From contig CAVWIG010000015.1 in assembly GCA_963754945.1 (NCBI GenBank), positions 48,078-112,077 on the forward strand: DNA of 64,000 nucleotides, written 5' to 3'. Below, in pieces: positions 1 to 10,939 of this stretch. The notes beneath the pieces are model-generated. The model did not search any database. It was not told the origin of the DNA and saw nothing but the letters and a program-made list of their open reading frames with translations. Within the stretch, counting starts at the first letter, position 1. Each line of letters begins with the position of its first letter. The stretch comes from Methanotrichaceae archaeon (GTDB taxonomy: Archaea; Halobacteriota; Methanosarcinia; Methanotrichales; Methanotrichaceae). The translations under genes and the position numbers were made by a program.

Positions 1-972
1 TTGCTCTCAACAATCAGATTGATCCATCGAGGATATTACCGAAAGAAGATCGAGAGCTTAGAAGATTGACACGAACAAGAGAAAGTCTAGTCAAAATCAG
101 ATCTCAGATGAAGAACCAAGTTCACCAAGGACTGGAATCATGTAGCATAAAGCTCTCTTCCGTTCTATCGGACAGCTTTGGCAAATCAGGGAGATATATC
201 CTGGACAGCTTGATCAAGGGAAAGAACATCGATGAGGTTATTGCTGGAATTCCTTCGAAGAGGGTCAGAAATAATGGTGATCAGATACGAGCGGCAATTA
301 AAACCGGTCTAGACCAAATCCAAGTATTTCTTATCCAATCTCATCTGGACACCATTGACTGCTTAACGCAAAAGCTCGATGATATCGATCTTGAGATAAA
401 GCAAAGGGTCTCCGGAAGAACAGAAGATTTGAAGATCGCCATGTCTGTACCAGGTATAGGATTCACAGCGGCTACAACTATTCTAGCAGAGATAGGGAAT
501 TACAGGGACTTCAGTACTCCCGATAAACTTGCTGCTTGGTGTGGATTAGTCCCCAGTGTGTACCAATCGGCAGACAAGCTCATTACAGGTAGCATTACGA
601 AACAAGGTTCAAAGCACATCCGTTGGATACTCGTCCAGGTTGCTCAAGCCGCAGCCAAAAAGAAAGGGTCGAAGCTTAGGAAGTTCTTTCTCAGGGTTAA
701 GGCCAGAAAAGGGCATAACGTGGCGATCGTGGCTTTAGCCAGAAAGATCCTCTGCATTTTGTATCATCTTCTAATGAACCAGGAAATTTATCAAGAAGAT
801 GGGGCGGAGAAATCAAGAACATCTAGGATCGATTGGTCTTCCTCGACAACTGGTAAGATGAGTCTCCAAACCATGATTGAGATCATTGCCAAAGCAGGTT
901 ATGAGGTGAAGAAAATTGAACGAGATGGGGTTTAGGTCCCCCCTTCTCGGTTTTTGAAGGTTTCTCATGGGA
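1..972 (+). mobile_element. IS110-family element (3' part; right end approximate)
   Basis: Transposase followed by a short non-coding end before AT-rich unrelated sequence. No TIR, as expected for IS110. Confidence 0.75.
3..935 (+). CDS. IS110-family transposase (5' partial, runs off window)
   Basis: Frame open from base 3. Transposase_20 signature PGIGFTAATTILAEIG...LAAWCGLVPSVYQS...SITKQGSKHIR and C-terminal AIVALARKIL. Confidence 0.93.
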   Translation, partial: ALNNQIDPSRILPKEDRELRRLTRTRESLVKIRSQMKNQVHQGLESCSIKLSSVLSDSFGKSGRYILDSLIKGKNIDEVIAGIPSKRVRNNGDQIRAAIKTGLDQIQVFLIQSHLDTIDCLTQKLDDIDLEIKQRVSGRTEDLKIAMSVPGIGFTAATTILAEIGNYRDFSTPDKLAAWCGLVPSVYQSADKLITGSITKQGSKHIRWILVQVAQAAAKKKGSKLRKFFLRVKARKGHNVAIVALARKILCILYHLLMNQEIYQEDGAEKSRTSRIDWSSSTTGKMSLQTMIEIIAKAGYEVKKIERDGV

Positions 973-1262
973 AATCAAAAAATGAGCCACTACTACGAGA
1001 TCATCCAACTCATAAAAAATGAGTTTGAGGAAGATAATCTGGAAAAGACATCACCTACCTTCCTTAAAGATGCCTTTCACTTAAAGGAAGAGATTCAAAA
1101 GGTTAATAGCAGCCTTTGGCATTTTCACCAAGTTGTACGTCAAATAAAAGAGCATAAGATCGGAACTACATTTGACTTGAAAATAAAAGACAACAGATAT
1201 TTTGATGATCTTCATGAAGATTCAGATTTCATGCTAAAAAGCATTCAAAATATCAAGGAAGA
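967..1262 (+). pseudogene. AT-rich hypothetical gene fragment between IS110 and IS256
   Basis: Open frame that runs into the IS256 end at 1263. Confidence 0.4.
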
Positions 1263-2533
1263 GGTAGTGTGCCGAGATTTCTGTAATTTGGAGTTGCCCT
1301 GTATCCCAACATACTCAATCAGCATCCATAGATAAATACTTTTTAGCGGTCAGCCATTCTTCGTTGATATCGATGAGGATCGAAACCCCTAACCTCATGA
1401 ACGAGCTCTCACTTGGGAAGGCACCGACTACCCTGGATCTTCTTTTCAGCTCCTTGTTGATCCTCTCCAGCCCGTTTGTAGTCCGAATCCTTCTCCAGTG
1501 ACCTCTGGGGAATGCCCTGTAATTCCACAGACTGAATCTGAAGCGGTCGATAGTGTCAGCAGATTTCGCATAACCTCTTTCCCTCAATTCTTTCGCTAAG
1601 TCCTGTATCTTGATTTCGTCTTCCAGAGCGATCTTGATCTTATCGGCGATCTCCTTATGATACTTCTTGGCAACGTTTCTCAAGACCGCTCTTGAAAAGT
1701 GAACGTGACACATTTGCCATGAAGCACCAAGAAATGATTTCTCAACCGCTTTCTGGATTCCCTTATGACCATCTGATATCACGAGCTTTACTCCGGACAA
1801 CCCACGATCCGCCAGATCTTGAAATAATCCCGACCAGAAGAGTTCATCTTCACTGTCAGCTATTCTTGCGCCAAGTATCTCGCGATAACCGTCATCTCTA
1901 ACACCTGTGACGATCATGAAAGCTTTGGTAACATATCTTGATTCTGTTCTTACTTTGAAGTAGCTTGCATCTACATAAAGATAAGGAATAGGACGTTCGA
2001 TAGGTTTCTTCAGGAATTCTTCTACCTTCTCGTCAAGCTCTTTGGATATCCTGGAAACGCTAGAGGCAGATAAATTCTCGATGCCAAATCGAGAGACAAT
2101 ATCTTGGATTCTCCTGGTTGAAACCCCCTGGAGATACGATTCGAGTACAGCGTTGACCAAAGCCTTCTCTACGCGCGAAAATCTGTCGAACACCTTGGTT
2201 TCGAAGGAAATTTCACGGAATTGAGGTTTCTTGAGTCGGAGCTCTCCAACTCGCGTCTTCAGAGATCTTTCCTTGTAGCCATTCCTATGTGCCTTTCGGG
2301 ATTCGACTCTCTGATACGGTTCTGCATCTGCCTGTTGCGCCGCTTCTAGCTGCATTACAAGGTTCAAGAACCAGGTCAGAAGCTTCTTTAGTCCATCTTC
2401 CTGATCGATAAGGTAATCTTCCAAGAGTGCTATGGGTATCATGGTCCTGTGTCCTCCTTTTCTCAAGATTGGATAGGATACAGGGCCGATAATCATTCTT
2501 ATTATCAAAGTACAGAAAAATCGTTACACTGCC
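1263..2533 (-). mobile_element. IS256-family element, copy 1
   Basis: Imperfect TIRs GGTAGTGTGCCGAGATTTCTGTA (1263) and TACAGAAAAATCGTTACACTGCC (ends 2533). Same element as 35033-36303. No flanking direct repeat. Confidence 0.95.
1315..2508 (-). CDS. IS256 (Mutator-like) DDE transposase
   Basis: RNGYKER, YLYVDA, LVISDGHKG, WQMCHVHF, RTTNGLERINKELKRR motifs. True start may be the ATG at ~2442. Confidence 0.95.
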   Translation of the reverse strand: MIIRMIIGPVSYPILRKGGHRTMIPIALLEDYLIDQEDGLKKLLTWFLNLVMQLEAAQQADAEPYQRVESRKAHRNGYKERSLKTRVGELRLKKPQFREISFETKVFDRFSRVEKALVNAVLESYLQGVSTRRIQDIVSRFGIENLSASSVSRISKELDEKVEEFLKKPIERPIPYLYVDASYFKVRTESRYVTKAFMIVTGVRDDGYREILGARIADSEDELFWSGLFQDLADRGLSGVKLVISDGHKGIQKAVEKSFLGASWQMCHVHFSRAVLRNVAKKYHKEIADKIKIALEDEIKIQDLAKELRERGYAKSADTIDRFRFSLWNYRAFPRGHWRRIRTTNGLERINKELKRRSRVVGAFPSESSFMRLGVSILIDINEEWLTAKKYLSMDAD

Positions 2534-2839
2534 GAACTCAGCTACTTCATGCAGTTTTTTTTCGATAACCTTACATGCTTTATGTAGCCTTATTTTCCAG
2601 GATTCACCTTGCTGAACATCGTCATCCTCCATTTTCAATCCCTCTTGAAAGAGCATCGTTAATCTACTATAAAAACATTGCAAGAGATTGATTCTCCATT
2701 GACGGCCAATATGCTATATGGGCTGGTATTTTCAATGGGCAAACAAATGTTATGGTTCTTAACATTCAATCCAAATAGATAGATATAAATTAAAATTAAA
2801 ATAGAGCGAAAGGCAAGAGCTTTGCCAACCTCTGCGATT

Positions 2840-3715
2840 TTATTTCCTGCGTATCATCGTCCCAATCCCTTCGTCCGTCAGCAGCTCCAAGAGAATGGCG
2901 TGCGGCTTCCTGCCATCGATGATGTGGGCCTTCTCCACTCCGCCCTCCACCGTCCGAACGCAGGCTTCCACCTTGGGGATCATGCCGCCCTTGATAACGC
3001 CGTCCTCAACCAGTCGCTCGAAGTCGGAGACCGGAAACTCGGAGATCACAGTGTTCGGGTCGTTGGGGTCCATCCGGACGCCTTCGACATCCGTTATGGA
3101 GATGAACTTCTTGGCGTGCATAGCAATGGCTATTGCTCCGGCGGCGGTGTCGGCGTTGACATTCAGGTTGTTGCCCTCATCGTCAACGGCAATTGGTGAG
3201 ATGACAGGGATGTAGCCCTTGCCAGCGGTGATCATGATGATCTCCGGGTTGACGGACTCCACATCGCCCACCCAGCCCAGGTCCACAGGCTCTCTTCCCT
3301 GAATTTTGACTGGCGCCTTCTTCCTGGCCTTGAGGAACATGCCGTCCTGGCCTGAGAGGCCGATGCCCTTGCCGCCGTATTTGCCGATAAGGGAAACAAG
3401 CTCTGCGTTGATGTTGCCCAGAAGGACCATGCGGGCTATCTGCAGGGTCTCCTTGTCCGTGACCCGCAGGCCGCCCACGAACTCGGCCTTCTTGCCGAAC
3501 CTCTCCATGGCCTCGGAGATCTCCGGGCCGCCGCCGTGAACTATTACCGGATGAATGCCGATGTACCTGAGCAGGACGATGTCCTGGATGAAATCCTCCA
3601 AGACCGCCTTGTCGGACATGATGGAGCCACCGATTTTGGCCACCATGACAGAGTCGTAAAACTCGCGAATGTAAGGCAAAGCCTCAATGAGCACCTGTTC
3701 TCTCTTGATGGACAC
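2840..3715 (-). CDS. argB: Acetylglutamate kinase
   Basis: KIGGS, VHGGGPEI, GLRVTD, NVNADTAAG, GGMIPKV, LLELLTDEGIGT. Confidence 0.97.
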   Translation of the reverse strand: MSIKREQVLIEALPYIREFYDSVMVAKIGGSIMSDKAVLEDFIQDIVLLRYIGIHPVIVHGGGPEISEAMERFGKKAEFVGGLRVTDKETLQIARMVLLGNINAELVSLIGKYGGKGIGLSGQDGMFLKARKKAPVKIQGREPVDLGWVGDVESVNPEIIMITAGKGYIPVISPIAVDDEGNNLNVNADTAAGAIAIAMHAKKFISITDVEGVRMDPNDPNTVISEFPVSDFERLVEDGVIKGGMIPKVEACVRTVEGGVEKAHIIDGRKPHAILLELLTDEGIGTMIRRK

Positions 3716-3867
3716 CTTTGTTGCTCCTAATCTTGTAAACTTCTTATTCCTTATTACCGATCTTCGGCCTAGCCTTATTAAATTGATGGCTTTACGATTG
3801 CCTCTTACGATGGCTTGCCCAGCAGGCTTTCTAATCCCAATAATCCCAATACCAATTTTCCTCAGTC

Positions 3868-5580
3868 CTAATCTATGGACATCAAGACGTCGCCCGGGGT
3901 GACAGTTGTCCCTTCCTTGACGTAGATCTCCTTGATCGTGCCGTTCTTGTTGGCCAGGATGTTGTTCTCCATCTTCATGGCCTCTAGAACGGCCACTGCG
4001 TCACCCTTGGCTACCTTGTCCCCCTTCTTCACCGCGTACCTTATGATCACACCCTGCATGGGTACCGTGACACCATCTGTGGGAGCCTTGGGCTGGGCTT
4101 CCTGGATGGTCATTCCTGCTGGAGCAACCTTCACCAGATAGGCTTCTCCATCGACCTCCACATCGAAGGCCATCGGGTGTCCGGCATTGATTGGCTCAGC
4201 AGCGTGAGTATGGGCAGGCTGTTTCTTTACCAGCGGCTCCTCTACAGCTTCGCCCTGCAAGAATTTCAGTGCCACCTGGGGATAGAGGGCATAGGTCAGG
4301 TAGTCCTCCTCCTTCTTGGCAAGGCACAGAGCATCGACAGCTTTCCTGGCCGCCTCGTACTCCGGCGGCAGAAGATCGGCTGGTCGGACGGTTATTGGCT
4401 CCTCGTCGCATAGGACCTTGAGCCTGACCTTCGGGTCTATCATGGCTGGGCTTTTCCCATAGAGCCCCTTCACGTAGTCCTTGACCTCTTTGGGGACCAT
4501 CTTGTACCGATCGCCTGTCATGACGTTCAGCACTGCCTGAGTGCCAACGATCTGGCTGGTTGGAGTTACCAGGGGCGGGTATCCCAGGTCCTTTCGGACT
4601 TTAGGGATCTCTGCCAGGACTTCCTCGTACCTGTCAAGGGCCTTCTGTTCAATAAGCTGGGAGACCAGATTGGACAGCATTCCTCCAGGAACCTGGTAAG
4701 CCAGAACGTTGGTGTCCACGCGGGCTGATATGGGATTGAAGACAGGGGCGTAAACCTCGACAAGCTTCTCGAAGTACCTCTTAATCTCCGTCAGAAGCTC
4801 CATGTCCAGGCCAGTGGCAAAGTGAGTGCCAACCAGGGCAGCAACCACGCTCTCTGTCGAGGGCTGAGAGGTGCCACCTGAAAGAGGCGATATGGCCGTG
4901 TCTAGAATGTCCACACCTGCCTGACAGGCATAGAAGTAGCTCATCTGAGCCATGCCGCTGGTGCAGTGGGTATGAAGATTTATCGGCAGGCTTACCTCCT
5001 TCTTGATCGCCCGGACCAGATCATAGGCGTTCTGGGGAGTGATCAACCCTGCCATGTCTTTTATGCAGATGGAGTCGCAGCCTAGCTCTGACAGGCGAAC
5101 GGCGAAGTCCGCAAACTGTTCAATGGTGTGAACCGGGCTGGTCGTGTAGCTTATTCCGCCCTGGACGTGAGCGTCGGCGAGCTTGGCGGCCTTTATTGAC
5201 CTTTCCATGTTCCTGATGTCGTTGACCGCATCGAAGATCCTGAATATGTCAACGCCGTTCTTGGCAGACCTCTCAACGAACTTGTCCACCAAATCGTCGG
5301 CGTAGTGCCTGTACCCAACCAGGTTCTGTCCGCGAAGAAGCATCTGCATCGGCGTATTGGGCATTGCCTTCTTCAGCGCCCGCAAGCGTTCCCAGGGGTC
5401 TTCGTTCAGATAACGGATGCAGGTATCGAAGGTAGCGCCACCCCACATCTCCATCGAGAAGAACCCGACCTGGTCCATCTTCTCCGCTATGGGTAGCATA
5501 TCCCTGGTCCGCATCCTTGTAGCCAGAAGAGACTGGTGAGCATCCCTAAAAGCCGTTTCAGTAAGCTTTACCCTGCCCAT
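3868..5580 (-). CDS. pycB: Pyruvate carboxylase subunit B (carboxyltransferase + biotin carrier; OadA-like)
   Basis: RDAHQSLLATR, WGGATFD, IKDMAG, HTH, VTPTSQIVG and biotinyl EAMKM motif. Confidence 0.93.
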   Translation of the reverse strand: MGRVKLTETAFRDAHQSLLATRMRTRDMLPIAEKMDQVGFFSMEMWGGATFDTCIRYLNEDPWERLRALKKAMPNTPMQMLLRGQNLVGYRHYADDLVDKFVERSAKNGVDIFRIFDAVNDIRNMERSIKAAKLADAHVQGGISYTTSPVHTIEQFADFAVRLSELGCDSICIKDMAGLITPQNAYDLVRAIKKEVSLPINLHTHCTSGMAQMSYFYACQAGVDILDTAISPLSGGTSQPSTESVVAALVGTHFATGLDMELLTEIKRYFEKLVEVYAPVFNPISARVDTNVLAYQVPGGMLSNLVSQLIEQKALDRYEEVLAEIPKVRKDLGYPPLVTPTSQIVGTQAVLNVMTGDRYKMVPKEVKDYVKGLYGKSPAMIDPKVRLKVLCDEEPITVRPADLLPPEYEAARKAVDALCLAKKEEDYLTYALYPQVALKFLQGEAVEEPLVKKQPAHTHAAEPINAGHPMAFDVEVDGEAYLVKVAPAGMTIQEAQPKAPTDGVTVPMQGVIIRYAVKKGDKVAKGDAVAVLEAMKMENNILANKNGTIKEIYVKEGTTVTPGDVLMSID

Positions 5581-6210
5581 GAAGATCTTCTCCTATACGG
5601 TCCCTCATATTTAAAGCACCTTCGACCATCGAACTCCGGCAACATGATCTGATCATCTCTCCGCATCCTGGACGTAGATAACTGGGCTGCCCTACCGAGC
5701 TTAATCCTATGACTGACTTTTGTTATGGCCCCAACGCCCACAGCTCGTAACGCCTCTTACTATGGAGCATTTGGAGAAGCATAGTTCGATCTTAATTCTC
5801 CAGCTGAACCAATTATATGTTATATAAAGCTAGTGGAATGAAATTCTTTGAGATCTATAAATTCTCGCTGATATCAAATAATCCGTAATTCCATAGCAGA
5901 TCAAATCAATTAGGCTCATTTTGGTTGGATTATGCCCGTGCTAAATTTTATTTTGCATAAATACGCGGATATATTGTTATTCGCTTCCTTCAATTCGAAA
6001 GTCATTTATGAAGGCAGACTGTCTTGCGCAGAATCTATCTGTAACTATCTGTAACTCGAAAATTGTGGTGAGAATGCCTTCTAGGCTTTCGAATCATACG
6101 AATTTCAGCAGACTTTGGTAGGTCCTATCCATCTTTAGCTGTTACTCTCCTCTAGCGGGATCATACAATAGGTGGAAAGTTTTATGGTCCGGTAAGTCAC
6201 ATCCCTTCAG

Positions 6211-6817
6211 GTGGCAGAACCTCAATCCAAGATGTTGTTGATCGTAGCATGCGTTCTGGCGATTTATACGGTATCCATCTTTAATGTAGCAGCTTCCGGC
6301 AGAAGCGTAGAAGACCTGGTCGGCGTCTTCTCCATTCAGAAGACCATCAAACTAGGCAGCAACAGTGAATGCTTTGCCGGTTCGCAGAGCTCTTCGGATT
6401 CTCTGAGCCCGCAGAACAACGGTTTATCAGACAATCAGCCTCCAGGCCTGGCCGGCCTCAGCATTGAGCCCAAAGCGATAAAGGCATCGTCGTCTCAATC
6501 AATCAACCTGACGGCCCACATTGTTGACGACCAAAGTGGCCTTGCGGAAGGGAGTGGATCGAACCTGTCGACCGCCTGGTTTGTAAGCCCTTCGGGGAGA
6601 CAAGTGATCGGAACTAGCTCTTGCTCCGGGCGACCTCACATCTGGAACCAAGCTGGACGGCTTCTACAAAGGCTTGATAGTTCTGCCAATGAACAGCGAG
6701 ATAGGAACCTGGCGTCTTGACAACCTCACAATTGTCGATGAACAGGGCAACCGAAGGGTTATAGGACGAGACCAGATGCTCGGATCGGGATTTCCGGCAG
6801 AATTTCTGGTGACTTGA
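6211..6817 (+). pseudogene. Secreted hypothetical protein, frameshifted near 6610
   Basis: Signal peptide at N-terminus. After FVSPSGRQVI a second frame continues ELALAPGDLTSGTKLDGFYKGLIVLPMNSEIGTWRLDNLTIVDEQGN...LVT* (stop 6817). Confidence 0.6.
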
Positions 6818-6818
6818 G

Positions 6819-7256
6819 CTATTCGCCCAAGATCTGGAGGATGATCCTTCGCTTTCGAGGCCGGTTGTCCAATTCCAGGAAGACTATTTGCTGCCATGTT
6901 CCCAACATGAGCTGGCCGTCTAGGAAAGGAACTGTCAGGCTGGGACCGATGAGCGATGCCCGGATGTGGGAGTGGCCGTTACCGTCTCCCCACTTTTGAT
7001 CGTGTGCGTACTGAATCTCTTCAGGGACAATCCTCTCCAGAGCAGCTCTGATGTCATCGACCAGTCCCGGCTCGTGCTCTATGGTGGTTACAGCAGCAGT
7101 TGCTCCAGGGACGAATACCACAGTTATGCCGCTACGCACGCCGCATTCACGAATTGCAGCCGCTACCCTCTCTGTTATATCGATGACATCTCCGATGCTC
7201 GCGTCAAACTCCAAATACCTGGTTAAAATCAACGACTTTTCTCCCGATTTTATCAA
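6819..7256 (-). CDS. YjbQ/UPF0047 family (secondary thiamine-phosphate synthase)
   Basis: GATAAVTTIEHEPGL, NGHSHIRASLIGPS, LGTWQQIVFLELD. Confidence 0.93.
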   Translation of the reverse strand: MIKSGEKSLILTRYLEFDASIGDVIDITERVAAAIRECGVRSGITVVFVPGATAAVTTIEHEPGLVDDIRAALERIVPEEIQYAHDQKWGDGNGHSHIRASLIGPSLTVPFLDGQLMLGTWQQIVFLELDNRPRKRRIILQILGE

Positions 7257-7543
7257 AGAAATATCGATAGATTACATGATATATCCTTCGCTAGCCCATG
7301 CTTGAATCTCCCAGGAGATCTCAGCGCCCATCCGCCTGAGATTGGCTGTAGAGAGATAGTTTCATAGGATTGGGGAGACAAATATACGTAAAATCTAGAA
7401 CACATGAAGTTCTAAATCCTAAACAAACGTCCAGGAGGTACCATAATCCGCCCAACTTCTATTGAATCTGTAACTCATAACCCGATTGGCGAAACATCAT
7501 TCCAGCGGTCTATCTATCGTAATGCCTCTATGGCACAAGGCGG

Positions 7544-10500
7544 TTGGCGATTGTGAGCAGCGAATCAACCGTTCTCCTGTCTGTGAGGGGTTCTGGAACA
7601 CCAGCCGCACGGAGCTATGCGTTTACCATCCTTGCCGAAGGCAGGACCCTGGACGATCGCACTCTAACGCCTGTTGAGTCTCAGGAGATCGGTGAAATAT
7701 CCGGGCAGTATCAGTCGCTATTTGATCAGAGCTGCCGATACAATACAACCGATTACCTGGATATCCTGGGGTCAGGACTGTTCCATCTCTTCTTCGAGGC
7801 AGCTTGGGGCCAAATAAGATCCAGAACCTCTTTTGGCAAGGTCAATCTGGTAGTAGCCACGGACATCTACGAAGTTCTGACCCTGCCCTGGGAGATAGTG
7901 CGCCCTCCCGATGGAGATATGCTAGGGTTCGACTCATCTATTAGCATCCTGCGCCTGCCAGAGGAACAGAACTCCATGTCACAGTTCAAAGGCCAGCTAC
8001 CACCTGGACCTTTGCGAGTTGTCTTTGCCGCATGCGCCCCAAGACAATCCCTGGACTACGTCAAGGAGGAAGAATCCTTTTTCAGAGCTTTAGATGGCAT
8101 GGAGATCGTCTCGGATTCTTGCGACCTAGGAACCTTCGAGGAGCTGAGGAAGAGAGTTGATGAATTCAAGCCCCAGATCGTCCACCTAGTCGGACAAGGA
8201 GTTGCGAAAGACACCCAGAACTACTTTGCCTTCGAAGGGACCAATGGAATTGCCGATCTCAAATCGTCAGCAGAGATTCTGAAGGCAATGCCAGGAGTTC
8301 AGCTGGTATTCCTGAGCGGTTGCCAGGGCAAGAATCCTTACGTTCTGGCAACCCTTGGAATCGAGTTGGTAAGGTTGGGTCTGCCCTTGGCCGTTATCTG
8401 GCCCGGCTCAATTGCGGATGCCGAATCGGCTGTGAGAGCATTCTATGGAAATTTAGCTTCTGGAAAAACCCTAGAGAGCGCGATGACATCCATGCGCCAG
8501 GAGATCGGGGTTGTTCACGAACAGGGTGCGGCCTTGCTCGCCTTTCCGTCACTCTATTCCCTGACTGATCAGAACAGGACCTTCGATCCTCTACAAAGAT
8601 CTGTTCTTCCTCGGACTTTCCTTTCCAGACAGCCGCCCCTGAAGGGCACGACTGAAGGGTACACAGAGAATTTCGTGGGACGGAGGAGAGATCTACAGCG
8701 TCTTGTGCCAGCATTGAGTGAGGGCACAGTCAAAGCAGTGGTAATAACGGGCCGTCATGGAACAGGTAAGAGCACCCTGGCAGTCCGGCTTGCAGAAGAG
8801 CTTGAATCGGCAGGATTCTGTGTAATCGCTATTTCTAGCTCTATAGAGAACCCTTTAAGCGCCGCCAGGTTGATCGATGCTCTGGGCAGTGCCTTTCACA
8901 GGGCGGCAGCAGAACGCCGGGCTCTTGGCAGGAACGATCTTGCGGAGAGCATCCAGGCCGCAGTCCACACCTTGAGGACTCTTGGGAATTCTGCAGATAA
9001 GCGCCTCAGGGAAGCCGTAGAATCATTGAACCTGGGCCAGTTCCTCCTGGTTCTCGACGGCTTTGAGGTCAACCTGGACGAGTCAGGGCGGATAATTGAC
9101 CCTGACGTAGCAATGTTCTACTTGCTGGTCCTGAACAGCCTCGACCGATCCAGGGCCATCATCACCAGCGAGCGCTTGCCTGCGAACGCTACGACCTTGC
9201 CCCAGAGAGCATGGGAGTATGCCGTTACGGGATTGACTAAGGCAGATTTCTTCAGGTTCCTTCTAAGGGATGGCGATTTAGTCGACCGCCTTAGATCCGG
9301 AGAATTGAATCATCAAATGCTCGCTCAAATCTACGAAAGAACTGATGGACGACCGCTATGCTTTGACCGGACTTGCAAAACGCTTGGAGGTGTTAATCCC
9401 GCTTATTCCTTGGCAGAAGCTATGTCTCAGTCTGCTCTGCGGTCTTCGAGCAGCTTATGCGATGAGATTACATCCAGGCTTTACGGTTCATTGAGCCCTG
9501 ATTCTCGGGCATCTCTCAGCGGGGCGGCGGTTTATGCGGTTCCGATCAACTTGGATGGACTTGAGGCCGTAACCGGAGAGACGCAGGAGCGGATCAGAGG
9601 TCTCTCCGAAGAGTGGACAAAAAAAACCCTGGCATTCCGGAGAGACGACTGTCTGCTCGTCATCCGAGGCGAGCTGAGGGTCTGGCTGACTGAAAAGCTG
9701 AGCAAAGAGGAGGCCAAGCAGGCACATGAAGCCGCAGGGGACTTCTTAGACACAACATTCAAGGAAAAAAACTGCGAAGAGCTTGGACTTACAAACCTAG
9801 AGTGTTCGTTGGAAGCGCGAGCGCACTTTCTTGCCGCTGGTGTTTTGGATAAAGCCATTGAGGTTACAAGCCGTATCAGCGCCACGATGATGGCCCGGGG
9901 GTTTTATGGGGAGGTCATAAGGCTTAACCAAGAGCTTCTTGTGCAGAGCGAGCACTCAATGCCGATAAGATGGACGGCCCAGGCGTTCTTCGAGCAAAAT
10001 GACTTCGAGCATGCTCTGGAGTGGTATCAGAAGGGGCTCCTGGTTCCAGGCAGATCTGAAGAAGACGATGCTACATCGTGGCAAGGAATTGCCTCAATCG
10101 CCCTACGCCAGGGCAGATACGATAAGGCAGAAGAAAACCTACGAAATGCCTTGGATGTCTATAGGCGAAAGGGTGACGTAAAGCGCGAAGCTGAAGTGCT
10201 TCGTGGCTTGGCCTCAATGGAGATGGCCAAAGGAAACTACGAGAACGCCGGGGAGAATTTGAATAAGGTTCTGCAAACTCAAATGAAAACTGAGGACTTG
10301 GCGGGACAAGCCTCCACGCTGAAAGACCTTATCGCCATCGACCTGTACCAGAAAGATCGAGATGCTGCAATCGAGAAGCTCAATAGGTCCGTGGAGATCT
10401 TCAGAAAATTGGGTCATCCCGCTGACGAAGCGGCTGCACTCTACGGTCTGGCATCCCTGGACATGGAGAAAGAGGATTTCGATTCTGCTACCGAGAAGTT

Positions 10501-10939
10501 CCAGAGGGCCCTCGAGATCAGGAGACAGATCGGTGAGCGTGAGGGAGAGGCTGCAACACTTCACAGCCTGGCCTTGATCGATGCCCATAAAGGAGACGTC
10601 CAGGTAGCTAGCGAAAAATTCGAGGGTGCTCTTAAGATCTACCAGCAGAACGGAGACAAGTCCGGTGAGGCGGCAGCCTTTTTCCAACTCGGCGTTCTGG
10701 CAGTACGTCTCGGCCACAACATGAATGACGGAATGAAGCTCATGGCCCTAAGCGGCATAATCCTGAGATCGATAGGGAGTCCTGATGTCAGGAATGTAGA
10801 GCCGGTTATAGAAAGGATGGCTTCCCACATGAAGTACACTCAGGACAAGTTCGCGGAGTTGGTGCAAGAGGCTGTTACGGCATATAGGAAGGACAAGGGT
10901 TGGGGGCTTCTGGAGGCTGCTTTCGGAGTTGAAAGGTAG
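7544..10939 (+). CDS. CHAT (caspase-like) domain - STAND/NB-ARC-type ATPase - TPR protein
   Basis: CHAT motifs LPWE, IVHLVGQG, VFLSGC; FVGRR; Walker A GRHGTGKST; Walker B LLVLDGFE; multiple C-terminal TPRs. Confidence 0.88.
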   Translation: MAIVSSESTVLLSVRGSGTPAARSYAFTILAEGRTLDDRTLTPVESQEIGEISGQYQSLFDQSCRYNTTDYLDILGSGLFHLFFEAAWGQIRSRTSFGKVNLVVATDIYEVLTLPWEIVRPPDGDMLGFDSSISILRLPEEQNSMSQFKGQLPPGPLRVVFAACAPRQSLDYVKEEESFFRALDGMEIVSDSCDLGTFEELRKRVDEFKPQIVHLVGQGVAKDTQNYFAFEGTNGIADLKSSAEILKAMPGVQLVFLSGCQGKNPYVLATLGIELVRLGLPLAVIWPGSIADAESAVRAFYGNLASGKTLESAMTSMRQEIGVVHEQGAALLAFPSLYSLTDQNRTFDPLQRSVLPRTFLSRQPPLKGTTEGYTENFVGRRRDLQRLVPALSEGTVKAVVITGRHGTGKSTLAVRLAEELESAGFCVIAISSSIENPLSAARLIDALGSAFHRAAAERRALGRNDLAESIQAAVHTLRTLGNSADKRLREAVESLNLGQFLLVLDGFEVNLDESGRIIDPDVAMFYLLVLNSLDRSRAIITSERLPANATTLPQRAWEYAVTGLTKADFFRFLLRDGDLVDRLRSGELNHQMLAQIYERTDGRPLCFDRTCKTLGGVNPAYSLAEAMSQSALRSSSSLCDEITSRLYGSLSPDSRASLSGAAVYAVPINLDGLEAVTGETQERIRGLSEEWTKKTLAFRRDDCLLVIRGELRVWLTEKLSKEEAKQAHEAAGDFLDTTFKEKNCEELGLTNLECSLEARAHFLAAGVLDKAIEVTSRISATMMARGFYGEVIRLNQELLVQSEHSMPIRWTAQAFFEQNDFEHALEWYQKGLLVPGRSEEDDATSWQGIASIALRQGRYDKAEENLRNALDVYRRKGDVKREAEVLRGLASMEMAKGNYENAGENLNKVLQTQMKTEDLAGQASTLKDLIAIDLYQKDRDAAIEKLNRSVEIFRKLGHPADEAAALYGLASLDMEKEDFDSATEKFQRALEIRRQIGEREGEAATLHSLALIDAHKGDVQVASEKFEGALKIYQQNGDKSGEAAAFFQLGVLAVRLGHNMNDGMKLMALSGIILRSIGSPDVRNVEPVIERMASHMKYTQDKFAELVQEAVTAYRKDKGWGLLEAAFGVER

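Noticed and set aside
1-972. IS110 bridge RNA
   Set aside because: The non-coding end in view is only ~35 bp. The longer non-coding region would lie upstream, outside the window.
6035-6056. CTATCTGTAA tandem duplication
   Set aside because: Only two units, likely slippage.
10875-10939. 65-bp convergent overlap of panE and the CHAT gene
   Set aside because: Most simply a lost stop codon or absent terminator. No further signal.
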